NCBI RefSeq assembly: GCF_036321535.1
Contig: NC_087447.1
Location: 52,330,001 to 52,394,000, forward strand
Reading direction: 5' to 3'
From: Camelus dromedarius
Taxonomy: Eukaryota
DNA length: 64,000 bases
Shown here: positions 51,858 through 63,480 of the stretch, piece after piece
How the letters are laid out: each line of letters opens with the position of its first letter
Position numbering within the stretch: the first letter of the stretch is position 1
Notes under the pieces: model-generated
Told to the model about the DNA's origin: nothing
The model's input: the letters and a program-made list of their open reading frames with translations, nothing else
Database searches by the model: none
Program-made: the position numbers and the translations under genes

Positions 51858-52218
51858 TGTCTTCACCTGCTCAGGTTGCCATATAAAGTGCCATAGACTG
51901 GACGGCTTAAACAACAGACACGTATTTCTCATAGCTCTGGAGTCTGGGAAGTCCAAGATCAAGGCTCCAGCAGGGCTTGGTTTCTGGTGAGAGATCTTTT
52001 GCTGGCCTGAAGATGGTCAGGTGGCAGAGAGTGCCTGAGCTCTGGTGTCTCTTCCCCTTTTATAAGGACACCCGTTCCTTGAGATCATGATTCCACCCTT
52101 AAGTCCTCGTATAACTTTAGTCACCTTCTTCCAGGACCTTTTCCAATACAGTCACAAGGTGGCAGGGTGTAGGGCTTCAACGTATGAATTTGAGGGGGAC
52201 ACAATTCAGTCCATAGCA
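51858..52218 (-). mobile_element. MaLR solo LTR (MLT1A/A0-like)
   Basis: ggcttaaacaacagacacgtatttctcatagctctggagtctgggaagtccaagatcaagg...gcttcaacgtatgaatttgagggggacacaattcagtccatagca. Confidence 0.85.
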
Positions 52219-53869
52219 GCCCTTCAGATCTGTAAAACTAAAGCTCACTTCTGGGCATAGCCTGAATGTGGAGCTTGCCTGTGCTCTTTGGGAGTTAACC
52301 CTCGTTCTCCAGGAGGATCCCTTGAACCTCCCAGGTTGCATTAATCTCCGTAGCCTCACACACCTTGCACGTCCCCCTACCCTGTTCCCCTCACTGATGC
52401 CTGCCTATGGCAGAGCTGCTCAGGTGTGTATCTTTCTCCCCAAAAGCTAATGGGTGAGCTGACTGCTTTCTATTCTCCATGGGCCCTGGCTCACAGTAGG
52501 TCTTTAATAATAATTTGCTGGTTTGAATTGGTTCTGAATGGTAAACAAGCTTCATTTCTTCCCATATCACTCCAAATCAGAAAGATCTACACTGGTTCCC
52601 CCTCTAAATTAATGAGGTTTCGTTGTGTTCAGAAGCTTTTGCTCCCAAGATTGTCAGAGATTCACCACAGGCCCCTTTCTGGGTACCAGAAATGTCCTCT
52701 GTCCCCTCAAGAAACATGTTAGTTTGCTGTGGCCACAGCTCCCCAGTGGGACAACAAAAGTAAGCAGCTTGGGGGAGCAGGAGGGGCTTCTGTGAAGAAG
52801 GGCCTTGGCCTCAAGTCCTGAGGCCCCAGTAGTGGGAAACAAGTGGAGGGTCACTGCACAGGCCCTAAGACAGGGCTCTGGGCTTCAGAAGGATCACCCT
52901 GGGACAGTGTGAGGATGGATTAAAGGGAGAGACGGGAGTTTGGGAGGCCAGTGAGGATGCTACTGCAGTAGTCCAGGGGACAGAAGACATAGCAGCAAAC
53001 GTCTTGGCTAAGGGGAGCAGAATTTTACAAATCTAGCAAATTAAGCATTATCTCAACTTCCATTTTTGCTTATTCTCAGGATGACAGCAGATCAGTGATC
53101 ACAACTTCACTTTTGATCAGATAACCTCCTCTCCAACTAAAAGCATACTCCATTTTTTGCCCAAGATTGGGGGGAGGCAGTAAACACTGAATAATCTAAA
53201 CCCTGTAATCTTAGATGTTATCCCATCTCGGCTTTGAAACAACACCCAGGCTGCTATTCTTAACCCCAGTTTACAGATGGGCACCTGAGTGAGAGAGAGG
53301 AGGACACACTGCTAGTGCGGACACGAACCTGGTTCATATCAGGTGTACAGTCCCCCAGAGCCTCTGCTGTGGCAGCTTAGGAGAGGTTTCTGGAAGTGCA
53401 AATATATGCAGCAGCTTCCCAGAGTTATTTATAGAAATACGATCCGTTCAGGAGAGAGGGAGTCAAGCGTAAATGAATTACCAGTCATTTTCCTCTCCTT
53501 TCAACTATGGGGGGAAGGCCAGCTGACCAGAAGGAAAAGGCATCACAGTGTTTCATCTGGTCCTGAACATCAACACTCAGTTCCTGGAACTCTGGGGAAT
53601 GCAAGCAGTGCAGGGAGCTCCAGCAAGGAAGGCAGAGGCTCTGTTTTAAAGACCCCCTGCTACGTTTGTTTAGCTGCTGCCTTGGGCTCACTCTTCCACC
53701 CTAAGTCTCTGGAAATCACCCAGGAGGAGGAGGGGGATTAAAGCTCAGGACTCCCGAACAGAGCTGTTAATTTCTGTAGTTCCTCCAAGCCTGGAGGGGT
53801 GGGGACTATAGGAATTTGCCTTCCTTCCAGAGATATCTGGCTGAAATCTTTTGGGTTCTAGAAGGGGAA

Positions 53870-54110
53870 TAAGGAAATGAACATTCATTGTGCACCTATT
53901 ATATAACAAATGCCATGCTAGAAGCCTTGCCCGTGTTTTCTCATATACACAACAACTTGGGGAAGTACTATTAAAACCAATATCCATTTCACAGTGGGGG
54001 AAATTGAGATCCAGAGAGGTTAAGCAAGTTGCGCATGGCCACACAGCACAGCCAGGATCTGCAGTCCTCCATAAGCTGTCTTTCTGTCCCCATGGCTCCA
54101 CACTGTGCCA
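53870..54110 (-). mobile_element. MIR SINE
   Basis: ccatttcacagtgggggaaattgagatccagagaggttaagcaagttgcgcatggccacacagc. Confidence 0.75.
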
Positions 54111-56774
54111 TTTCTGTTTTCCTTTTGGTTTTGGTCCTTTTAGGCCTTTTAAAGCAGAGGGAATGTTCCTTTTAGTTGTTTAATCTCAAACACCTATATA
54201 AATAATGGCAGTTCAGAAGGAGAGGGAGGAAGGGGAGAAAGGAGAGGAAGGGGAGGGAGAAGAGGAAGCCACATGGTTTCCTAGTCCAAACTGGGAGCTA
54301 TTAACCAGGAATGAGGGAGCCAGCTGAGCTCAAAGCACCCAACTCAGACCTGATGACAGGGGCAGAGGGCAGGAGGCTGTGAGGAGGAGGGTGGGAACAA
54401 ACTGCTCAGAAAAGACCACACTTAGGAAAAGGAAGGAGGGAGGTTCTGGGAACAGCAAGAGATACTTATTCTCAAGGTGAACAGGCTGGGGATGTAGCAT
54501 TAAAAGCCTAGGCAGAGGACCAGAGAAAGCCAGGGAGCCATGGATCCTATGGGCACGGTTTTTGGTGGCATGTATAGAGCAAGCAGACGTTAAATCACAC
54601 CAGATCACATGCAGGACAGCCTCCCTTCTCTTTCAACCTTGGGATGACGTCAAGGAGGAACTCTTGGTTAGGTACTAATGTGTTTTTAACACCTAATGCT
54701 TGCCAATGTCCCTATTTAACAAAGAGAAGCAAATCTCTGCTCAGCGTCCTGGCACAGGTCTTATCCCACCAGAATGTGACAACCAGCTTTCACTGTATAT
54801 ATTTTTACCACTGCCTTCTATTTATGGCAAGTGAATTGCAGCAGTAATACACAATTTCCCTTTAAAATAAATAAACTCACTTAGGCTAAAAAAAAAAAAA
54901 AAGTCCAGAAAAGGAGGCTGTTTTAAGGAAAGGCAAGGAAATAGCATGTGGGTGGGCACACCGTTGTGTTGCAGACTCTGACAGTGACACACAAAGGAAC
55001 CAGGCTTGGGAAGGGCTCAGCTAATTGAGCCTGCCCACTGCCCAGACTAGAAAGCCAAGGAACCGAAGGACGAGGCTTCTGGAGGTCGCACTGCAGGTCA
55101 GAGGCAGAGCTGGGCTCAGAAGCTAGGTCTGCCAGTGCCGGCACATGCCTTCTTCCAAGATGGCTCAGGCAGGATTGTGGCGAGGCCTCTCCAGGTGAGG
55201 GTTAGACCTGGAAACTGAGCTTACATGGATGGCAAGTTGTACTGACCAACTGTAAGCAAATCTAAAACTGGCCCAAAGCTCAGCAGCCAAAGAGGCAGCT
55301 CTCTGCACAGTTGCTACCCTCTCTCAGCAGACATGCTGCTCACGATACTCTACCTACAGCCAACCTCACAGCACTGTGCCCTGGACCCAATGAGATGATG
55401 GATGTGAGTGTGCTCCTGGGACGAGAGGGCTACGCTAACGTTAGTTATACAACCTCCCAAACTCTCCTTAACCTCCTTCCAGGTACCCCTTCAATAGCCC
55501 GGGCCCCCAAGAAGGTACTAGAAGATGTGGTCTGGGGTCCACAGGGCCCCACGGAGCAGGCCACTAACATTTCCACAGGGACACAAACCAGGCTTAGTTT
55601 CCAGGTGGGAAAAGCCCAGACACACAGCCAACGTGCCTTCCTCAAGGGGTAGTCTAGGAATTCCTAGATCCAATCAAGCCGTACACCAAAAATGTTATTT
55701 TTGTACCTTTTAATGCAATGGCATTTGGGGAAATTAGTGGAAAAGGAGCTGTGAGAGTCTCCAATTGTGTCATGTGAGTGACTAATTAAAGGGCCCTGGC
55801 TCTCCCAGGATGTTTGGTTACATTAATTCAAAATGTGACCTGTTTATTTTGCAAGGTCAGGAAGAAGACTTGCCTCCTAGAAAGCCAACGTGGCAATTAA
55901 ATTAGAGTCACCAGGGTCTGCCTGAGGTAATGTATGAAAAAGGGCTTTGTAAACTGCTCAAAACCAGAGGTGACGCCTGTGTGGTTGTCCCCACTGCCCC
56001 CATTTAGCAGGGGCATAATCGCCTGCCACTGGTGGGAGGCTGTGAGCGCTTTTCTAGTTGAGGGAGGTACCTAGTAAGGTGGAAAGGGGCTGGAGTCTGG
56101 GGCCATACTCTGAATCTTGACACTGCACTTGAGCAAATCACTTCATCTCTGTGAATCTCCAGGTATAGCATGCATGTGGCTCATTGCACTACTTCTAGGG
56201 AGGTATTTTTGAGTGTATGTGGTAGGGGGAGGTGAGGGGGTTGGTAAAAAAGAGGAAGAAAGAATATCAAGTTTTTTTTCAGCTTTGATTTTAGCTCCTT
56301 ATAGGTGCTCAGCCGTGAAGCTACAGCCTCAGAAGGAGAAAATGTAGTAGAATTTTGAAATCAGATATGGGAATTATTGGGTCCACAGACTGTTAGGGAG
56401 CCGTCTGTATGGAAGACAGCAGGACAACAAAGAAAGGAGGTCCATACACCCAAGGGGATGTCAGGAAAGGTTCCTTAAGAACTCGGCAACTCTCAGAATT
56501 GAGCAGTTGGCTTCTCTTCTCCTGAATTCCCAGGACTGCAAACCAGCCAGCCTGCTGGTGCTGGCCTCCTAAGCCCCCATGTCTACACCAGAGGGGCTTG
56601 GCCTTTCCAAGTAGCTGTTATGGATAAACATAGAGCTTCCCAGTCAGCAACTTGCAACTGTACCACGCCTTCTAGTTATCAAGCTTTCTAGTTATCTCTA
56701 TAATCATCTGTGACTAAACATTTCTGAATCCTGCGACCATCTTCCCACCCCTGCTTGCCACTTTCAAAAAGGCA

Positions 56775-57130
56775 TAATTCAGGATTATCCATTAGCCATC
56801 ATTCTGAAATCCCCAAACTCTAAGACGGAAAGTTTTATTAAAACTGTATTGGTTGCGAAACCTGATCTGAACTGACATGGAGCTCAGAATCTTTCTTCTT
56901 TCTTTCCTTCTTCTTCTTCTTCTTTTTTTTTTAACCCAACATGTGTAACTCTTCACATGTTTGACTGCAGAAATATCAATGTATTTGATTACCGTGGACC
57001 AGCCCAGCACTCTGGGACTGTTAGGAAGAACACAGTGTGTGAACGTTATTTCCTTCCTTAAATCTGAACATTTCTGATTTCTAAAACTCATTTGACTCCA
57101 AAGACTTCATTTCAGGGATTCTGACCCGAT
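56775..57130 (-). mobile_element. MER46C-like TcMar-Tigger non-autonomous element
   Basis: aaacctgatctgaactgacatgg...ctgcagaaatatcaatgtatttgattacc...ttaaatctgaacatttctgatttctaaaactcatttg. Confidence 0.6.
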
Positions 57131-60100
57131 AGATTAAATACCTATTTATAAGGATCTTTCTGCTTAGAATCCCCTTCACCCCTCATCTGTCAGGAAAATA
57201 TCTGCAAACATTTCAAATGTCACCGTGAATGAACGACAGAAGGAAGGAAGAAATCAATTTGTCTTGCTACTAGAGAGTTGGGTACTTTTCAACATAGCTC
57301 GTACAAGAATTTATTTACCAACAAGAGTCATTTGATGCAAGAGAGTCAGGAAGAAAGGTGAACAAAAATGTCTGAAAACCTCACATGCCACAATGTCCTT
57401 CACCCTTGGAACTCAGGACAAATACAGACCCAAGGACCTGCAGTTGGCACAGAACAACTAAAACAGTTCCATGAAATTCACATTGAAAGGACACAAAAGT
57501 GCCACTGGACACTTCTCAACAGTAGGAAACAGGCACGATTTTGCCTTCTGATTTCACAAACTGACTTAAAAGGACCCTGGCAGACTCCCTCAGGGGAATC
57601 TGGATAGGTTCTAAATTAAGCTGAATATTTTTTGTTTTGTTTTAAGAAAACACTTTGGGAAGGAGCTCACATACATAGCAGTGTTTCCCATTTAGAAAGA
57701 AAAATAAACACTCCTCCACAGGATTGGAAGTCAAAACAAAATAATCCCAGCTGCTTAAGACCCGAGAAAGTCAATGAAACTGCCAAACAACAGTGATGCT
57801 GACCAGTGTGAGCAGGCAGCAAAATCTGGAAAGTGAAGCAGGAAGGGCCCAGTGCAGGGGGGAAGCCACCAACAGCCCAGCATCCAGGGCTTGGCTCTCA
57901 TGAAGCAAACCCAGATTTAGTGCCTAAATCACGAGCCTGATTTATCTTTGAAACTCCCACAGTCCTCACAAAAACACAACTGTAAGATTTCACTCTATGA
58001 ACCCAAACAGACCTGACTTAGAAGCGGTGTGATTTAGAGGAAGTTACTTCACCTCTCTGGCCTGTTATTGCCTCCATGAGACTAAAGATGGCTATGACAC
58101 AGGGTAGGTATGAAGATTCACTGAGATTCCATGAGATGCCACAATTCAATGAGATTAAACACGTCTCAAGTAATAGGGGCTTCAGAAAAGTTTGTGAGAT
58201 GAGTAGCAGGAATCCAAGAATTGGTGGTTCTTTTAAAATCAGCTTTTCTTTGGTGGACTTCCCCTTATCTTTCTACTAAGGAGCAGAGAGAGAAATAACA
58301 GGACCTGGTATTGGAAACGAAGCAATTAGGGGGAAAAAGGAAGAAAATCAGGTCTCTAGAATCAAGCAGGCTTGGGTGAGAGTCTCCATCATAGCCCTTA
58401 GAAGCAGCGGAGCTATGGGCAAGTCTCTGATTCTCACTGAGTCTCAGTTGCCTGAACAGAGAAATGGAGATAAACAGAAGCTCAGAAAAGATAATGCACT
58501 TAAAGAAAAGACTTAATTCAGAAGGTACTCATTACATGCAAATTCTCCCACCTGCTCTGACCTCACCGAGGCTTTGAGAAATGAACAGCTTTCTCTGAGC
58601 TATTTATTCCCTCACACTCTTAAATATTAACCACCCAGGTTTTAAAGCCCTTTACTTTAAAATATAGGTGACAACAATTCACAGAAAACTTATATTTATT
58701 CCAAAAAGTTTCTATGGGGGTATGAACAAATATCTACTTAATCTTAATGCCTTCCTGAGCTTCTCAGCTGTGACTAGTTGATACTTTAGTGAAATCTCTC
58801 TTTATATCTATCAGTGATTTCTAGATGGTTACCCCTGGGGGCAGATTAGGATTGTGATGATAGAAAAAGGTGCTTCCCCTTTGTTTCCACTCTGCCTGGA
58901 CAGCGAGCTGTTCTGTGATACCCCACGTGGTCTCTCTGCTCTTTACAGGAGGATTTCAGCAGGGCAGTTCTGGGATCGCAGCCTGGACTGGAGCTAACAC
59001 AGCTGTAGGCAGAGGGCCACGGGGAGCCACGAGAGAGGCAGCCCATCTCCCAGAAGGCTGCTTCCTAAAGGGCCAGCCCTCGGGTGCAGGGTGCTGAGTC
59101 AGCTCCCACCAAAGGAAACTTCATTTTCACCCTTTAGGTGCCTGAGGGGCTACCTTTGTCATTTAAAGTCCCTTCTGAATGAAGTCTCTAAGGAAGCCAG
59201 CCTTTAAGGAGCCAGAACAATTAACCCATTTACGGTGGTCTTTAAAGCCTTAAATTGGTGGAAGGGAATGGAGATGTGGAGATAGGGAAGGGAGATAAGG
59301 ATGTTTATCTCCTTTACCTTGTTAAACTCCAGAGTGACCCTGGGAGGTTTTCCCCATTTCACAGATGGAGCAACTGAGGACCTGAGAGGTTAGGTCCTTT
59401 ATCCAGGGTCACATCTCTGGGATCCAACTGCAGAAAGTGTGACTATGACTCTGCTCTCTGGGCTGCACTGTGGGCCTTATGCAGTTAGTACTGCTCGTTC
59501 ATTCATTTACTCACTCACTACATTGACACCGCATAAAAGGCAAACCGTTAGAAGTGCTTATCTCTGGGAGGAAGGATTATAAGAGAACTTCACTTTGTAC
59601 CTTTCTGTATTGTCTAAACATTAGCAAGCACTGTTACTTTTAAAATTGACAAAAACAACAGAGATAATCCCATTAAAAATAATTTCAAATTTTTCCAGGA
59701 AAAATAAATCAAACAGAAGTTTACATTTATTGAGCCCACTATGCAGCAGGACCCACTCATCTTCATTTGCTAGTGCCATGTCCATGTCAGTACCAGCAGG
59801 TCCTTTGGCTCATAGAAGACCCCCTGGTTTGGGATTTCAGGGGACAGGAAGGTGGCAGGCAGGGTCTACCTGTGGGTTGAGACCAATTAGCTCTCATGAC
59901 CCACCAAATCCAGAGCAGCAGACCACTAAGGACCCAAGACTCTCCCTTCAGGCATGGGTCACATTTATTATCAACCTTTGGAGTGACACACTCAGAGCAG
60001 GGCCCCAGGGAAGGACTCCGAAGTGTCTCTATGCCCCCTGGGGAGCAGGAGTACAGAGAAGCGTAAGTGAGCAGACAGCTGTAGGCCAATGTTCCCCCAT

Positions 60101-60359
60101 CCTCCCTGCACATCAATAATGCAATAGTGCCATCAACTTGCAGCAGAACTTGCAACAATGTGACTGCTCTTGTTCGTTAATTAGCAAAGGGAGAGATTAA
60201 GGTCTTTAATCTCCCTTTAGCTACAGGCTTATTTACTTAGAAATGGACAAAGATATCACTATATATATATATTTTTTTTTTCCAAACAAGCTTAAGAAGG
60301 CTAGCACATTGGTCAGTACCACACAACACTCATATTATCAGAGTACTTTAGAGACTGCT

Positions 60360-60480
60360 CCATCACTGGCAAGATGGGGAAACTAAGGCCTGGAGAGGGA
60401 CAGTGATTGGCCAAGGACAAGTAGTCAGTGAGCCACAGAGTTGGGCCTGGAACCCAGTCCAGGGCTCCTGTTTCTGTGCA
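60360..60480 (-). mobile_element. MIR SINE
   Basis: agatggggaaactaaggcctggagagggacagtgattggccaagg. Confidence 0.7.
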
Positions 60481-62279
60481 GAGTTTAAAACATGGGCAGC
60501 TAAAAGGTAGAGGAGGAGTGACACTGAACCACCAAAAGGATAGTGCCACCCTCAGGAGCACAGAGGGAAAAGGCCCTGGAGGACGGTTTGGTTTTTGGTC
60601 ACAGAGAATGCAGGCCTTAAGATCCTGTCAGAAGAGAACCATCAAGGCCAAAGACCTCTTTTCTGATTTTCAAAAAGAACAAAGTCTAGGAGAGGTCCTG
60701 GTTAAGGGGTGGGGCCTGGGACAAACCACTTTTCTTTGTCACTGGGGGATGGGGTGGAGCATGATCTGGAGGTCTTCAGCTCACTACCTAGAGGATCTCA
60801 GGTCATGTGGCCTTCTGCACCCTTTCAAAGTTACTGTCTATTAATACTGACCATGTTCCTAGGTGTAAAACAGCTGGGGGCAGGATCACACCAGCTCCCC
60901 ACTTTGGGTCCTTTGCCATGTTTTCCCTCTGCCCAGAATGTCCTGGGTTATTAAAGCCCTTGGTTATCTCTACTTGGTGAACCCCACTTATTCCTTCAGC
61001 TCTAGTGAAGCCTCTTCCAGGAAGCATACCATGATTACCCCACGCAGAGTGGAGGCTCCTTCCTAAGTCACCCACATACTAGGTTCCTACATCCCTTATC
61101 ACCTTGGGGTGTAATGATTCCAAGAGAATCATTCTCTGAGAATCCTTAAGTGCCAGGCAGTGTACTGGGAGCTTTCACATACAGGCTCTCTGTAAATCCC
61201 CTGGAGGGAGGTGGGTTGTGACTGTGGCCATGACTAACCTTTACTAAACTTCTCTATCCCAGGCCCTGTGATGAGCGCTCATCTGGGTACTATCCTGCCC
61301 ATGGTATATTTGCTTGAGGAAACAAGCTTAGAGGCAGAGTGACTTATCTGAAGTCCCACAGTGATAAAACTTTTATTTAATGCAGATGTCTGATTTTAGA
61401 GACCATGGATCCTGCCTTATCTCTCTTCAAATCTCTGCCTCCTTCTCCAGAACTTAGCCTGGAATTTAGTGCCACACAGGCACTTAATAAATGTTTGCAA
61501 CATCAACACAAAACCTACATATTACATGGGGAAAGTCTCATTTCCTTTCCTCTTCTTCGATAATCAGGAAATCTTGGACCATTAGGGAGATCCCAGATTA
61601 CCTCAGGTATATCACCCTCCCTCTTATAGGCTTGAATTCCCTCCAGGCTTTGAATTCTTGCAAAGTGGACTGGCCACTGCTGGACACAGAGATGGCAAGC
61701 ACCTTGGCCCAGGTCACACAGCACCTGACCAGGAGCTAAAACCTGGATCTGCTGGCTCCTGGTCAGCCTGGAGTTCTTCCACCAGACTACCCATACCTCT
61801 TCTCCTTAAGAGAGTCAGGGTAGAGTTTAGAAGAGGAGGGTTATTGTGGAGACAGCCCAGTGGCTCTCTCTGCAGTCAGCATTCAGCCCTGCAGCTGCCT
61901 GGGACTTCAGGGCCCGCATCTCCAAGGCAGCATGGAAGCCCAGGAACTTTCAATGCCAGCATTAGGTTGCAGGTAGTGGCCTTTCTCTCCACTTGCTTAT
62001 GGTCAGTGGGGACACTATCATACCAGTCTCTTAGGCAGGGTTGTGAGGAGGATCCAATAAAGCAACAGTGGCTGGCACAGTCCCTGGCACACAGCAAGTA
62101 GTCAATCAGTGCTCTTTTTATTATAATTTTTCTTTTCTTTTCTTTTTCTGCGTCTATCTTTGTCTGGGTATATTTGCCTGACTCGGTCTCTACCTGCTCT
62201 TTCTGTAACACTTTGTCTATCTGTGCATCTCTGTCCCTGCAGCTCTGTCTGCCCGATGTCTGTGATGGGGGTAGGAACA

Positions 62280-62960
62280 GCAGCCCCCCAACCCCCGCAC
62301 ACCCCAGCGGCGCAGCCGGGCAGGAGCGGGACTGCCCGAGCCCATGGATCCCGCCCCCCCGCCAGGTCCGCGAGAACCCCCAGCCCCCCATGCACCAGGC
62401 CCCTCCGCCCCTGCAAGCGACCCGAGCAGGCAGATTAATAGCATCGTCAACAAAAGGAAACCAACCTGCAGAAGTTAGGAAGAGAGAGGGACTTACCGTT
62501 CGCCGCGACCCCGAGGCTGGCAGAGCCACTTTTAACTAAGAATGAATTAGGGACAAACTCTTCCTCAGAGTCTGAGTCCGGGGTTGGCTGGGCCACACCG
62601 TTGCCTAGCAACCGCCTCTGGCTCTCATTGGCCGGAGGGGAGGGGGGCGGGGAGGGGGACTGCTCAATAGGGGTTGATGAAGCGGATGAACAATGCAAGG
62701 GAGCACCTGCGAACCACAAAGACAAACACAGACAGAAAAAAAAATAATGAAAATTGGTTTTGAGGCACACGGGGAGCGGGGAGGGAGCAAAATAAAACAC
62801 GCATCAACAGGGGGAGGGGGCTCCCAACACTGGGCGATCTACTGCACACGTGGTCCCGGGGGCGGGGCTGATGCCTCCGAAAAGTTGGTGCAAACTCCTT
62901 CTGAAGAGCTGGGGGCGTCGTGCAGAAGTCTGCACTCTTGCGAAGAGGGTGCCCCTCGGA
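62280..62960. promoter_or_regulatory. Intragenic CpG-island-like patch spanning the 210-bp exon
   Basis: CpG- and G/C-run-rich sequence with GC-box-like ggggcgggg (near 62860) and ccgccccc (near 62351). Confidence 0.6.
62497..62706 (-). CDS. TENM4: Teneurin-4 intracellular-domain coding exon (210 bp, phase 1-1, probable alternative cassette)
   Basis: Minus-strand acceptor ...tttttctgtctgtgtttgtctttgtggttcgcag|GT GCT CCC and consensus donor AAC G|gtaagt. Encodes (G)[69 protein letters not shown], which I recognise from long Tenm4 isoforms. Splices in frame (G|AT=Asp) to the exon at 8659. Confidence 0.93.
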
Positions 62961-63262
62961 AACACTCAGGAAGCCCTTCCTGCTTTGCCTGTTGTCTGAG
63001 AGAGGCCTGAAAACCTGGGGTCTAGTCCTGGCGGGGCTGCGTTATCTATCAAACAGCTGCTCTCCTCTGAGCTTCAGCGGCCTTGCTGGCAAAATGAGCA
63101 GCCGGCCGCATTAGGTGATCGCTGAGCCCCTGCAAGCTGTCCATTCTGTGATGTCACCGAACTGAAATGATGTTCTTATTAGTGAGATTTTAATTCGACA
63201 TGCCTAGAACAGGCTCTGGGCCTCATAAAAGGTAGAGGGAGCTGGAGAGAATGATTCAGCAC

Positions 63263-63279
63263 CCCCCCCCCCCCCCCCC
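63263..63279. repeat. Poly(C) tract (17 nt)
   Basis: Homopolymer run; reads as G17 in the TENM4 pre-mRNA. Confidence 0.85.
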
Positions 63280-63364
63280 GCTGGCATTCTAGGATTTCAA
63301 CACACTAATCTTCTACTTTTCTAAGAATATGACATTTTCAAATTTTTAAGGCCTAACATTCTCT

Positions 63365-63480
63365 GCAAACCTCTCGAGAGCAAGAATTTTAGCAGTCTTT
63401 TCCATTTCTGTATCCCCAGAATCTGGCATAGTGCCTGGCACATAGTAGGCACTAAATAAATATTTGCTGAAGAGATGAAT
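63365..63480 (+). mobile_element. LINE L2 3' end
   Basis: tgtatccccagaatctggcatagtgcctggcacatagtaggcactaaataaatatttgctgaa. Confidence 0.8.

Larger units (their letters stand above)
8660..62496 (-). other. TENM4: TENM4 intron (53,837 bp, GT-AG, phase 1)
   Basis: GTAAGT at 62496-62491 and TTAG ending at 8660. The reading frame is continuous across the junction. Confidence 0.88.

Noticed and set aside
61876..62539. 217-aa and other ORFs beside the cassette exon
   Set aside because: They run through G/C-runs, low-complexity sequence and a MIR remnant, with no recognisable protein similarity.
62700..62710. AG|GT at the cassette acceptor as a recursive splice site
   Set aside because: The regenerated donor GTGCTC is far from the GTRAG consensus.
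63255..63280. TTCAGCACC (REST/RE1 left half-site)
   Set aside because: It is followed by poly(C) rather than the GGACAG right half.
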